DNA of 64,000 bases from Camelus dromedarius (taxonomy: Eukaryota): positions 42,968,001 through 43,032,000 of the forward strand of contig NC_087447.1 in NCBI RefSeq assembly GCF_036321535.1, read 5' to 3'. The translations under genes and the position numbers were made by a program. Position 1 is the stretch's first letter; every line of letters begins with the position of its first letter. A model generated the notes under the pieces. It made no database searches, was not told where the DNA came from, and saw only the letters and a program-made list of their open reading frames with translations. This document shows positions 27,078-39,254 of the stretch, piece after piece.

Positions 27078-28589
27078 AAGACTGTCCCTCCAGATTACAG
27101 CTTAATGAGTGAGGAATATTATTATACACATTAAAATTAAAAAACTAATAGCACACATTAGCTGTTAAACACTTTTTATGTGTCTCAAGTAATGCAAAAT
27201 TTAAGTATACTCTAAATCCTTTTATAAGACAGCACAGACTGATTTCTTTAATCATGACCTGAATGGAAATAGTAAACAAGTGCTGGTCTCATTTAAAATA
27301 TAGCAACACTATGATCTAGAAAGCCCAGCTGGCCCCTCCTTAGGTTCTGTATGCATGTTATGAAAATAAGTAGTTGAAAGGTGAATGTACAGTCAATTCG
27401 CTTGGTCTGCGTAATGTCAGACAATCCAGTTTTTTTCCTTCACTTGAATAGAACACTTCTTTTTTTTTTTTAAACTGAATCGACTGTTAGGTTCCTTGTA
27501 GACATAGTCTTAGCAAAGAAAACTAAAAAATTGCTTTGGAGGATGAAAATTGTAGCTAGTTACATCTCATAAAACCATTCTTGTGTTCATTTTCTTCAGG
27601 AAATTACTGTAAGTGTATCTGCCAATATGGAAGAGACCTTTTTATGCTTAAATAAAAGCTCAGAGAGTTTCCATATCAGAGTTGTTCCATTGACTTGTCT
27701 TATTCCCGAAAAAAATGAAAACCTTTAGCCAAAGGAAAGCTCACATGTTAGTTAAACACTGACGAGATTTGACCTTTTTTTATTTGTTTACATTATGTTT
27801 AATACCCATACATGTCTAGTCTTTGTAGACACAAAGAAACACTGTAACATTAGAAATTTCTTTGGTTTTCTAATGTATCTTTATATCGAAAGTCTTACTT
27901 AAGCATAATTCTTTGATTCTATAGAAGAGCCATTTGTCTTTGTATTTACATAAAGATATGTTAGGTTTGCAATACCTGATTCATTTTTTGACCCTAAAAT
28001 ATGAATGACATCATTTGTCCTGCTAGACAGGAGATTTATTTTAGTAGCAACTCTTTCAGATCAATTCATAAATGAGAAAGAAGTAATTGTTTCTGAGTAA
28101 ACGTTTGTTCTATTTTGGTTTTTAAGCTAAAATAATTAGAATTCAGCCAGCCAAAAAGAAATTAAATTTGAAATCCAATTCTTGTCAAGAAATTTTGCAT
28201 GAAGCTATCCAACCTATTGTTTTAGAATTGCTGGGGTAGGAAAGTAGAACGTCGCTTTGGCAAAGGCAGTAGTCGGTGTAAGTTGGAGAGCAGAATTCAA
28301 GCTCGTCAGGGAGTAACAGGATCTCCTCTGCTTTCTGAACACAGCTACCAGATACGTCCAGTGTAACAGATATGTCAGAACCTGGAGCGAGAAAGGACCT
28401 GGAAGCCTATGTCAGTGTCAGTGATATTGTGATCATACAATTTGTTGAGAAATTGAGGGAAAAACTAAAGGAGATGTTTTCTGAATAGAGCGAAGAAAAA
28501 GATAACTATTTTTCAATGCACAGGAAAAAAAATCTGTCTTAAAAATGGAATATGTAATATTTAAAGATTCTATTGAAAGTTTGTGGAAA

Positions 28590-28613
28590 GTGTGTGTGTG
28601 TGTGTGTGTGTGT
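28590..28613. repeat. (GT)n microsatellite
   Basis: Direct reading. Confidence 0.9.
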
Positions 28614-30119
28614 AGTAAAACCTGAGGGATTTGGTAAGTATGCTTTAGGAGTACTGTTCATAATGAAGGAACACAGTTACATTTTAAATAAACCTTTACA
28701 TTAGGAACACTTCTTTCAGTTTCTTATAAAAAGTACTATAAAATCAGTATTCCTGATGTGTGCATAAAATGCTGCTTTACACATCTGCCATGGGACTTTT
28801 CTACACCTGTGGAGAGGAAGCACTATTTTCCGTAACTGAAAGGCTGTTATTGGCAGATCTACTCTACTGCTCTGAGTCATTTATGTTTACAGGTTTTATA
28901 TTTAACCTGAAATGCAAAGTATGTTCTTCCAAGGCCTAAGTTAAGTCATTTTGCAAAGTGTAGACAGGTACATTCTGAGTTTTCTTTATCTTGCTACATA
29001 TACTTGAAAAATAAGGTCAAGTGTTCTTAAGAATGTGTGTGTGTGTGTCATCAGTTGTCATCAGTTGCATTCTTTTTTCCCTCTACCTGTCTGGAGGGTG
29101 CTCTTTATGCACCTTTTCCAGTGTTCACTATTATGAGTTTTAATCACAGCAGGAGTTTTTTCATACTACTTTGATGAAAGGTCATACTTACTGGGCTGAC
29201 TTGTCTATGATTTCTGTCTAATAACTTTAGAATATGCTGTACATATTACCAGGGATAAATACAAGTACAACATTTAGGATTTTTGCATCAATTCACAAAT
29301 AAGATTGGCCTGCAAGAAATCCCTTTTTGAGAACACTGCCATGATCTGATTTTGGTTATTCTAACTGACTGAAATAAATTGGATGGCTTTCATTGCTCTG
29401 AAACAATTTACATATATGGGATTTTTCTGTTCCTTAAAAGTAGGAAAGAACTCTGGTGTAGAACTTTCTGAGTGAAATGATAAAATGCTATGAATAAAAA
29501 TAAAGTAAAGTAAGGAGACAGAGTCAGTGGGCCTGCTGGTTCAGATGAAGTGGTTAGAAGAGGTCACTCAAAAGAGCAGAAATCATCATGAAGTGAGGGA
29601 GCAAGCCATGCAGATATTTTAGAGAGGAAGCAGAAGGGCCAGAGCTGTGAGAAGGGGATATGCTTGGCATATTCAAGGAACAGCAAAGGAGACCAGTGTA
29701 TCAAGAGCAAGGGTGAGACTGGTAAGATATGAAATCTGAGAGTAGTGAGGGGTCAGTTTATCAGGGGCCTTGTAGTCAAAATGCAACAAAACCTACATCT
29801 TTTTTCATTTCTGTTCATCTTAAATTTTGTTCCTTAACCATGTTTTTATCTCATTTTGATTTGACTGCTCATATAGTATATTTTTATCCTTTCCTTGATA
29901 AACATTTAAGAATATAAATTTTCTTGTAAGTACAGCTTTGCTTGCATCTATAAGGTTCATGATCATCAGCCACGAGACCATCCCCAAGCTACAAGGGATG
30001 CTGGGAAAGGGAGGATTTTAATTAGCATGTTGCTGCTCCAGGCAAAAATCAGGATTCTGTTAATAAGGAAGAGTGGGAAAATGAATATTGGTTAACTACT
30101 AGCAATATCTTTCATAAAC

Positions 30120-30560
30120 TCCTATGGGCCTGGGAGATTTTCTTGTAGATTCCCATGTTATACAGATTATTACCAAGCATTGCAAGATGGAAAGATACCC
30201 AATTTATTTTATGAGACTGCCAGAATCTTGTATCAAAACCTGACAAAGATGAGTGAAAAGGAAAATTATAGACCAGTTGAACTTATGAATATAACTGTGA
30301 AAAGTCAAAATACAAGCATGTCCATTTTTCAGCACATTGAAAGAATCATCCATCATGATCACGTAGGACTCATACTATAAATGTGAGAATGCTTAATATT
30401 AGGAAAGCTTTTAATATAATACAGCATATCAAAAGATCCAATAAGAAAAAATAGAATAATCACAATAGATAAACATTCGATAAAAGTCAGCCCTCATTTC
30501 TGATTAGAAAACCAGTCTTAGGCAGGAAAATTGGAAGGATATTTCTTTAATGAAATAAAG
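30120..30560 (+). mobile_element. Ancient L1 ORF2 fragment
   Basis: PNLFYE..KENYRPV.LMN..QHIERIIHHDHVG motif of L1 ORF2. Confidence 0.75.
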
Positions 30561-30660
30561 ACACCTACCTCCTGTTCTGGTCAGGTTTATTCCAGTTCAG
30601 AGGACAAAGATATATTCCGTATACCCGCAGCTTTATCAGTTTGTGACTATAAAATACACT

Positions 30661-31220
30661 TTTTTAAATTGAAGTATAGTCAGTTACAATTTGTTAGTCT
30701 CTGGTGTACAGCATAATGTTTCAGTCATACATATACATACATATATTCCTTTTCATATTCTTTTTTTTGTTTTCATATTCTTTTTCATTATAGGTTACTG
30801 CAAGATATTGAATATAGTTCTCTGTGCTGTACAGGATAAACTTATTGTTTATCTATTTTATATATAGTAGTTAGTATTTGCAAATCTCGAACTCCCAATG
30901 TATCCCTTCACACCCCATTTCCCTGTTGGTAACCGTAAGATTGTTCACTGTGCCTGTGAGTCTGTTTCTGTTTTGTAGATAAGTTCATTAGTGTCTTCTT
31001 TTTTCTTTTTCTTTTTTAGATTCCACATATGAGTGTATCATATGGTATTTTTCTTTCTCTGTCTGACTGACTTCACTTAGAATGGTGATCTCCAGATCCA
31101 TCCATATTGCTGCAAATGGCATTATTTTATTCTTTTTTATGCCTGAGTAGTATTTCATTGTATAAATATACCACAGCTTCTTTATCCAGTCATCTGTCGA
31201 TGGACATTTAGATTGTTTCC
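30661..31220 (-). mobile_element. 5'-truncated L1
   Basis: ORF 30988-31224(-) KCPSTDDWIKKLWYIYTMKYY is the ORF2 C-terminus; degenerate TSD aaaatac..ttttt. Confidence 0.88.
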
Positions 31221-32298
31221 ACAAAATACGTTTTTAAATAATATCTGTAGTAGGATGGCACAAAACCAGAATAACGTACTCTCAGTTACTTCTGGAAGTT
31301 TCTCAAAGTATTCTCTTTCACGTGCTGCAGAACATATTCTCCCTCCTTCCTCAGCTCACGTCTCTCTACCTTGCCACCATACAGCTACAATAGCTCCAGT
31401 TGGGTAGAGTGCTGGGTGTGCTTGTTCTACACACAGGAAGAAATAGCACCCACTAGTTCCTATTTTTCTATTTGAGAATAAAAACGAGGATACTTCTAAT
31501 ATTGCCTTTGAGCTTTCAGAATTAGATAGTTTTATAAAAATACAATTATCTACTCTTTTGTGAAGCATACAATATAGATTTGCTCTAATAATAAGTAGAC
31601 TAAGGCTTAACTTTTGAAATCACAATAATGGATGTTTTATATCAGTATTTTTAAGCCTTTTTTTTTTTACTACAACACACAGTAAGAACTGCACTTTATA
31701 CTGTGACCAAGTACGCACACACACTTTCTGTACATATGTATCTGCATATATTTTTAAAGTTTCACTGAACTGACCGAGGATCTATGCAATATACTCAGAT
31801 ATTATCTATTCTACTCTACTTCATTAAAAAAATGATAACCAACCCACCAAGTTGATTTCCTTAAACCATGCTTTTCAGCAGTTTTATGATTCCGAACAGA
31901 GAATGATTCTTTGGATTGTTAAATAAATAAAATGTCTAGAGTTCAAGAATTCAATTTTGGAAGATGACAATGTGTTGGTTTTTTAAAACTATGTTCTAAT
32001 TTTATTGTAAATATTAACATTTCAGTATTGGCAGGATGCTTTGGGTGCTAGCTGCTAGTTTTTCTTTTATTTCTAGGAGAGTGATAGGATAAGAAAGAAT
32101 TTTCTAAATGGTGATTTCTTTTCTTCCTGCAGCTCTCATGTGTGACTGTAAGTCTAGTGCATCATTAACCCAAGGACCTCACCACTTGGAAGTTACCGTT
32201 TTCACCATCAGCTTACCTTATCCTTTTTGGTCCAGTTCTTTTCTTCAAACAGTAAAAGCCTCTTTCTTTCAAGTTGCTTTTGGTGCACAGTTAAGCAA

Positions 32299-32523
32299 AT
32301 GGCTGATAGTGGCTTTGGTAAAAAATCCACAAAATGCTCCAAATGTTCATCTACTTCTCAGAAAAATGTACTTTGTGTATGTTCTTGTAAAACAAGGCTT
32401 TCTCCAATGTCGGTGGTGGAAATGTCACAGACATCAAGCATTGGTAGCTCAGAATTTCCAGTTTCAGCAGAGAGAAAAAAAGAAAGACAACCCATCAAAG
32501 ATACTGCCTCTGGAAAAGATTTG
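32299..32523 (+). CDS. STK33: STK33 first coding exon, coding part (MADSGFGKKSTKC...TASGKDL, 75 codons); exon probably starts at 32133
   Basis: ATG at 32299 (caaATGg, good Kozak); N-terminus resembles mammalian STK33; donor TTG|GTAAAT at 32524, phase 0; upstream acceptor tttcttttcttcctgcAG at 32132. Confidence 0.92.
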
Positions 32524-32748
32524 GTAAATATTGAAGATTATACATCTCAACACAAGTCGATGTTCCATTTCCTAATCCCATCCCTAGATTCCTCTATATC
32601 CCATGGGACCTTGTCAGCTACTCCGTTGCCTTCTTGGCTATTAAAGTAACTTTTTTTATTTTTATGTAAGACGTGAGAAAAGTTGGCTGGTAATTTCTTT
32701 TACAACATTTCCAACCACTGCCCAAATTAATGATTTCCCAGGATTATG

Positions 32749-32965
32749 CAAAAGAACTCTTTTTTTATTTTGTTTTGGGGGAAAGGTAATTAGGTTTACT
32801 TATTTATTTATTTTTAGAGGTACTGGGGATTGAACCCAGGACCTTGTGTATGCTAAGCATGCACTCTACCACTTGAGCTATTCCCCTCACCACTAAGAGC
32901 TTTCCCTGACTAAGAACCCAGCGGTGAAAGTGCCAAATCCTAGCCATTGGACCACCAGGGAGGTC
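32749..32965 (-). mobile_element. Composite retroposon: tRNA-Glu-like head (32902-32961) plus tRNA-Ala-derived SINE (~32760-32893)
   Basis: 13-bp TSD tcccaggattatg at 32736-32748 and 32966-32978 brackets both parts. Confidence 0.8.
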
Positions 32966-33856
32966 TCCCAGGATTATGAATAATTCAGAATGTTATTCCA
33001 ATGTCTTAAAAAAATGGTTTATAAAGAAATGAATTGGTTTTCAAATTGAATTAAATCTAGATTTGGGGACATTTTATTCAACTGAGGCAAAATGAGATTT
33101 ATGGTTGTGGTTAAATGTACAGTGGTTATTATTTAAGACAGTTCCTGATTATCTAGATGGAATATCAAATATACCTTACAAAATTGATTTGCATTAGTTA
33201 CAATCTGTGACCACCAGTTGGACTGGTTTGGGTGTATTCACCTTTATAGAGAAGAGGCACTGTGGAAGATTATTGTTAATATAGCACAGCTTTGGAGACA
33301 GAGAGCAGTAGGTTTAAGAAAAGTTACGTTCTTGGCCCTCAGATTTATACCTTTTCCAAATTTTCACCCTAAACTGTTATTTCTGATTTGTGTTGCAGTA
33401 TAGTTATTGCCATATAGGTATCTCTGAGTGAGTTGTTACTATGTTATTTTCATTCAAGGCATGCTTCGTGAGTGTCTGTCCAGTGATTTTTTGTGTATAA
33501 CCTATTTAAGGTGATTGTTATGTCTTGAAACAAGAGTAATTAAGAAAGCTGTGAAGTTGTCTTCTCTTGTGATTTTAAAGATTTTAAGTTCTAATATATC
33601 TGCTAGGCAGGTCATCATGCAGACTTGCCTGAATTCAGGAGATTAGATTGAATAATTTCTTAAGGTCTCTTTTAGTGTAATGAGTGAATAAATTATATAG
33701 GGCTTAGAATTTGAAAAAGACAGTAAACCATTTTATAAACAATAAATATCATGACATACATTAAAGATTTGTCAGATTATCTAAATTAGGGTTTTTACTT
33801 TGTCAACAAGTGTATTATATCTTAAAGCTAATTTAAAAATTTCTTTTTGGTCCAAG

Positions 33857-33970
33857 CCCTCAAGAACCACAGATGTAGAGAGAAAACCATCTCAACAACA
33901 ATGGAGTCGGAGCAACTTTACAGAAGGGAAAGTTCCTCACATAAGGATGGACGATGGAGCTGCTATTCAG
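33857..33970 (+). CDS. STK33: STK33 coding exon 2 (PSRTTDVERK...HIRMDDGAAIQ), 114 nt
   Basis: Acceptor ttctttttggtccaAG, donor CAG|GTATAT, phase 0-0, open frame. Confidence 0.92.
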
Positions 33971-36149
33971 GTATATAGCGAACACATTGAAGCTACTGGA
34001 AAATTTCAGGTTTCTTCTAAGTCAATGTTAATGGCAAAAAAATGATTAGGGCATTTTTATTAGAGAAAGTGAGGACATTTTGGTCTCCAGGTCTTGCCTA
34101 TTGCTGAGGGCTATTGTGGAGTCTTTATATAGACCTATTCAAGATGCAGAGAGAGAGCAACTGACTTGAGATGGTTTGGCTGTTCAATTCTTTGATGACT
34201 GGTAGGGGGCCAGAATTTCCCTCATAGACCCCTCCATCTTTTTCCAGCTTGTGATTGAATGAATACCAATGTGATTCTTCCCAGGATTCTAATTTTTATA
34301 TGCAAATATGAAATAAATATTAGTAACATTTTAGAAATTAAAATGTGTTCCTTTAACATTGGATCAAAGGAATCACAACAAGAAAAACTACGAGAAGAAA
34401 ACTGCATTAACATTAAATAACTTTAAAAAAATGTTTTAAGATATATTTGGCAATTTACTTGAAGTGGTCAGAAAAACTCCCTGAGAAATTCTGAGCTAAA
34501 AAATTTAAATCTCCCCCTTTAAATAAAAGGCCTGTATTAAAAAAAAATCCACAAATTTACTGAGTTTTAAATTTAGCCATAAGAACTTTTATAAAAGTAA
34601 AACATGTTCACTGTGAAAAATTAGGAAAATATTGATAAAAAAGTGAAGAAAATAAAAATCATGAGCCAGATGTAACCAGTTTTAACATTTATTACCTTTA
34701 CTTCATTTTTCTATACATGTATATGTCTTACTCTATTTTTCATTCTCATTTTTTTCCTGTTTTAAATTGTGAAATATGTAAAATATATACATATTTTAAA
34801 TAAATAACCTTAACTGGTATAATTGAAGTTTCTCTTCCCTCATTAAATGGATAGGCTCATTTTAAAGATATCAAACATTTCAGAAAGTATAAAAAAGGAA
34901 GTTACAGTAATCTAAAATTCTACCACCTAATGATAACTACTCTTAATATTTAAATGGGCATCTTCCCAGACATCAGTGTGAGCACCCCAACACGTGCTCA
35001 TTGTCATAATGACGCATGTCACGCCCGCGTTCACACTCTGTAGCGTGGACTTCTTATATGTCAACAAGAAGACATCTACATTACCATTTAACAGCATCCT
35101 TTAAAAATTTTACAAGCAAGAAGTCATTTTCTCCTTATTTTCACCACTATGTAATGATGTCAAAGCAGTTCGTTGAAGAAAACGATTAGCTTATAAAAAA
35201 CTAGTTGATCATTTGGGCTGTTTTTCTACCCATTCCTCATTTTAGAAATTCTATAAACAGTATTAAAATACTGTGTCCAAGTTGTGGTTCTAAACCACAG
35301 AGAGATAAAATGTTTAGTTTTCAAAGGACAAGAAAAAATGGGGGAATGGTTAGGGATTGTTGATATTTTTTTGTTCTGTGGGAATGAAAAGTTGAAGTTG
35401 AGATTTAACTCATTTTATACAATATATAGTTGGGAGTTACATGTAAATATAATAAAAATAAAATGTTTTGTCTTATTTTAATTATCTTAGTTTCCTGACT
35501 TTGATTCTCACTGTTAAGCGGTAGTAGGAAGAGGGAAAAGCCAAAAGTAATTACAAATCATTGGAAAGCAGTGTCCTGGGGACAGTCCCCTGGACAGGAT
35601 GTGCCATGCAGGAGTCTAGGAGCCCCCATTCACAACATTCAAGAGCAACCTCTGGAGCTCCTCCTCCAGAGTTCAACTCCACACACCCAGTCCTTCGCTT
35701 CTCTCCATTATGCATATGTATAGAAGGTTCCTGACTGGCTGGGTGCTGGCTGGCTGGATTGATTGATTCAGTTCATTTATCAGCTCACTCTTTCATTCCA
35801 CATTTGTACTGCTATTCCTTTGAAATGCCTTCCTTGCCTTGACTGGATTATAGAGAAAAAATTCTCAATTATTTTTTTGGCTTTGTTCCCTCACATGCCT
35901 GTCTCAGAAGCCATCTCTTTGATAATGTTTTCCCTTATTCTCCCAGTGTTTTAGCTCTGGTCTCTGGCCTCAATATCATTTTATGTATTTTTTAACTTAA
36001 GACTTTACAACTTAAGTAATAGTCTTGTCTCTTGAATAGGTTACAAATTATGAGAAAACAGGAATTATGTTTTATTCATCTTTGTAGCTCCCAGTGTGTA
36101 TATATCACAAGGAAATATCTAAGGAAATCTATCATGTTGAAGCTGAACA

Positions 36150-36312
36150 TTTCTTTCTTCTCTTCTCTTCTTTTTCTCTCTCTCCCGTTCCCTCCCTCCT
36201 TCGCTCTTTCTCTTTCCCTTTCCTTCTTTCCTTTCTTCCTTCCCCTCCCCTTTCCCCCTCTCCCCTCCTTTGTCTCCCCTCCCCTCCCTTTCTTCCTTCT
36301 CCCTTTTCCTCC
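36150..36312. repeat. CT-rich low-complexity polypyrimidine tract
   Basis: About 160 nt almost entirely C/T. Confidence 0.9.
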
Positions 36313-37498
36313 CACGAACTAAGTATGAGTATTTTGCTGCAAGGTTTCAGGCAGACTTTTTAAAGGATACAAAAGAAACAGCTTCATAAAGTGTTTCTAG
36401 ACCATCTTGGAAGGAAAAAAAATGAGCCAAAATCTTTGTAAACAAGAGAGTAATAATAGTGTTTGAGGACCAATGGGTACATGTTGAAGGAAGTCAAAAT
36501 AAAGGAACAATCACCCCAGAGCAGAGTTAGGCCGAGAAGCCCTTCATGAAGAAGATTAGTAATTAGTTGGGCACTGGATCTTCTTTTACAAAAGTGAGAA
36601 AGAATGTAAGCAATAGAAGATATGGAGACTGGCAGTAATTTACTTGTTGCATGGTGAAGATGAAAGTAGTCACATAGGGAGAGCGGAGCATCTCCAAGGC
36701 AGGCTTCGGCTGGCTGACCCAACAGAGGCTTCCCTCTGTTGGCATTAGCTCAGGTGTTCTCTCATGTTCTAGTCCCCACACATCATGGGTCCAGAAGCAC
36801 TTGTTAATGCCCTGGAGTTGGTTTAGACCAAGGAGATTGACTACCCCAACCAAAGTCACAAGAAATGAAAGTGGAAATTAGTTAACTACTTGTTATTTTA
36901 CAATGTGAACTAGAATGCTTTGTCAAGACCAGTGGATTCAGTCTGATATGCAGAAGGATCCTTGGTGTGAATAGTGTTACTATGGATGGTTTTTATTTTT
37001 TTCTCAGAGCTGATTTATATTAAAATTTTTGTCACGTATTCCTTTTCCTAAAACAAAAGGAAATAAAAACAACAAAATTGATTTTTTAATGGAAATAGTA
37101 TGTATTGATTTTATGGTATAGCTCTCAGAGTTTTGGGGTAATTTTTTTGGATGAAGGTATCTTATATATACATACACATATGTTTGTATGTATGTGTTAA
37201 TATTCCATTCTCCATTTTTCTTATGAAGACATTTCATTAATATTTTAGTTTGGAAGAGGTTCATTTTATACTTTTGGCATTTTTCACATTTCCTCATTAG
37301 GATTTTTATGGTTTTCCTCCAGAAGATATTTAATGAAATTCATCAAAACTAATTTTTGTTTAATTAAGATATGTTTATTATAATACTGAAGCAAATATGT
37401 GGTGTCTTCTATTTGATTTTACCCTGGAGCAGAATCACTCTTCCCTTGGTTGGATACCTGTCAGCATTATGTGTTCATTTGTAATACCTGATGAATGA

Positions 37499-37726
<228 letters not shown>

Positions 37727-38230
37727 TAGGAGGTTATATAGTGCAGGGCTAAGTGTAGAATATCACTGCCCATCATTTCTTTTGGTATGTATATACATAT
37801 AATCGAAACAAAACAACAATAAAACAAAAGAAAAACATTTTATTTTTACAATAACTAACATTTATTAGTTTATGGGAGAGATGCTTTATGTCCATTTTCT
37901 AGTTGATGTCCCTGGAAAGGAGATTTCATTTTTATCATGCTAATAACATCAAAGGATCAACATAATTTTGAAGGAAATATGAAAAAGCATATTAAAATTT
38001 TCAATAATGCTGTGAGGTGATAGAGACCTTTTGTAGCTAATTTATAGAAACAGTCCAAGAAACAGATGTAGTTTGAGGCCAAATTACGTATCACTTAAAA
38101 TTGGACAAAGGAAAGGGAAATGCTTTAATCTTATTATGCAAATAAGTTGCATGCTATCTTTTGAAAAAGAAACTTTTCAAGGAAACATAGGAAAAAACAT
38201 AAAATAACTGTAACTTTTATATTGAGGTAA

Positions 38231-38422
<192 letters not shown>

Positions 38423-38961
38423 TAATACAAAATGAACATCATTCCTTTGAGAAGTAATCTCTTTAGGACACAGACTCATGCCAAGGACATAAGCAACTAT
38501 CACTGGAGAATGATGAGAGCATTCTGGAGGACTTTTTATTCTTGATTGTACAATTAGGTGTCTGATGGTTAAATTGGTGTCTTTAGTGATGTTTCTGGTG
38601 GCAGGTTGAAAACAAAAGTTTAAAATTGAAACAACTTCAGATATAACTCAGTAGTGATTAGAGCTTCCTTCAAAGTAGCCTTCCTTTTGCTTTGATCCTT
38701 GGCTCTCCATTAGGGTCTCTTGGAATATTGTCATCATTTTGCAAGGTTAGCTTCCCAGTAGAGTTGTCATAGGCACATTTGGCACTATGTAGAAGATATT
38801 TTGTATCTTACCAACATGTTTAATCTTCCTTCTTTCCTAGATGTTATCATTCTTGTGTTTTGGTGGTTATAATTTTCAGTTAGAATTGTTCTAGAGCCTG
38901 GCTCTTTGCTATTCTGCCTCCAGGTTTTTTAGAGCCTGTGGGCTTGGATGTTTCTCTGTTT

Positions 38962-39105
38962 GGAGGCAGTATGATATAGTGGTTAGGCAGGTGGACTCTG
39001 GGGTCAGATTGCCTGTACATTTTAATCCTTGCTCCACCACTTATTAGCTATGAGACCATGGGCAAGTTGCTCAGTTTCTCTATACCTAAGTTTCCTCATC
39101 TGTAG
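38962..39105 (+). mobile_element. MIR SINE
   Basis: ggcagtatgatatagtggttag..gactctgg..ccacttattagct..gggcaagtt..tttcctcatctgta. Confidence 0.8.
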
Positions 39106-39254
39106 TGCTTGATTCATGAGGAGTGGTGGTAACTGTTAAAAGACCACAGTTATCTTTTGTGGGAGCAGTATATGGCAATGATGCCAAAAGGCTTCTCTAC
39201 TTTTTCAATCTTAGAGTTGTAGCTTCTTTTATCCTCAAATCTTCTTAGGATAGT

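Noticed and set aside
36032..36363. Pro/Phe-rich and Gly/Arg/Lys-rich ORFs
   Set aside because: They are translations of the CT-rich low-complexity tract.
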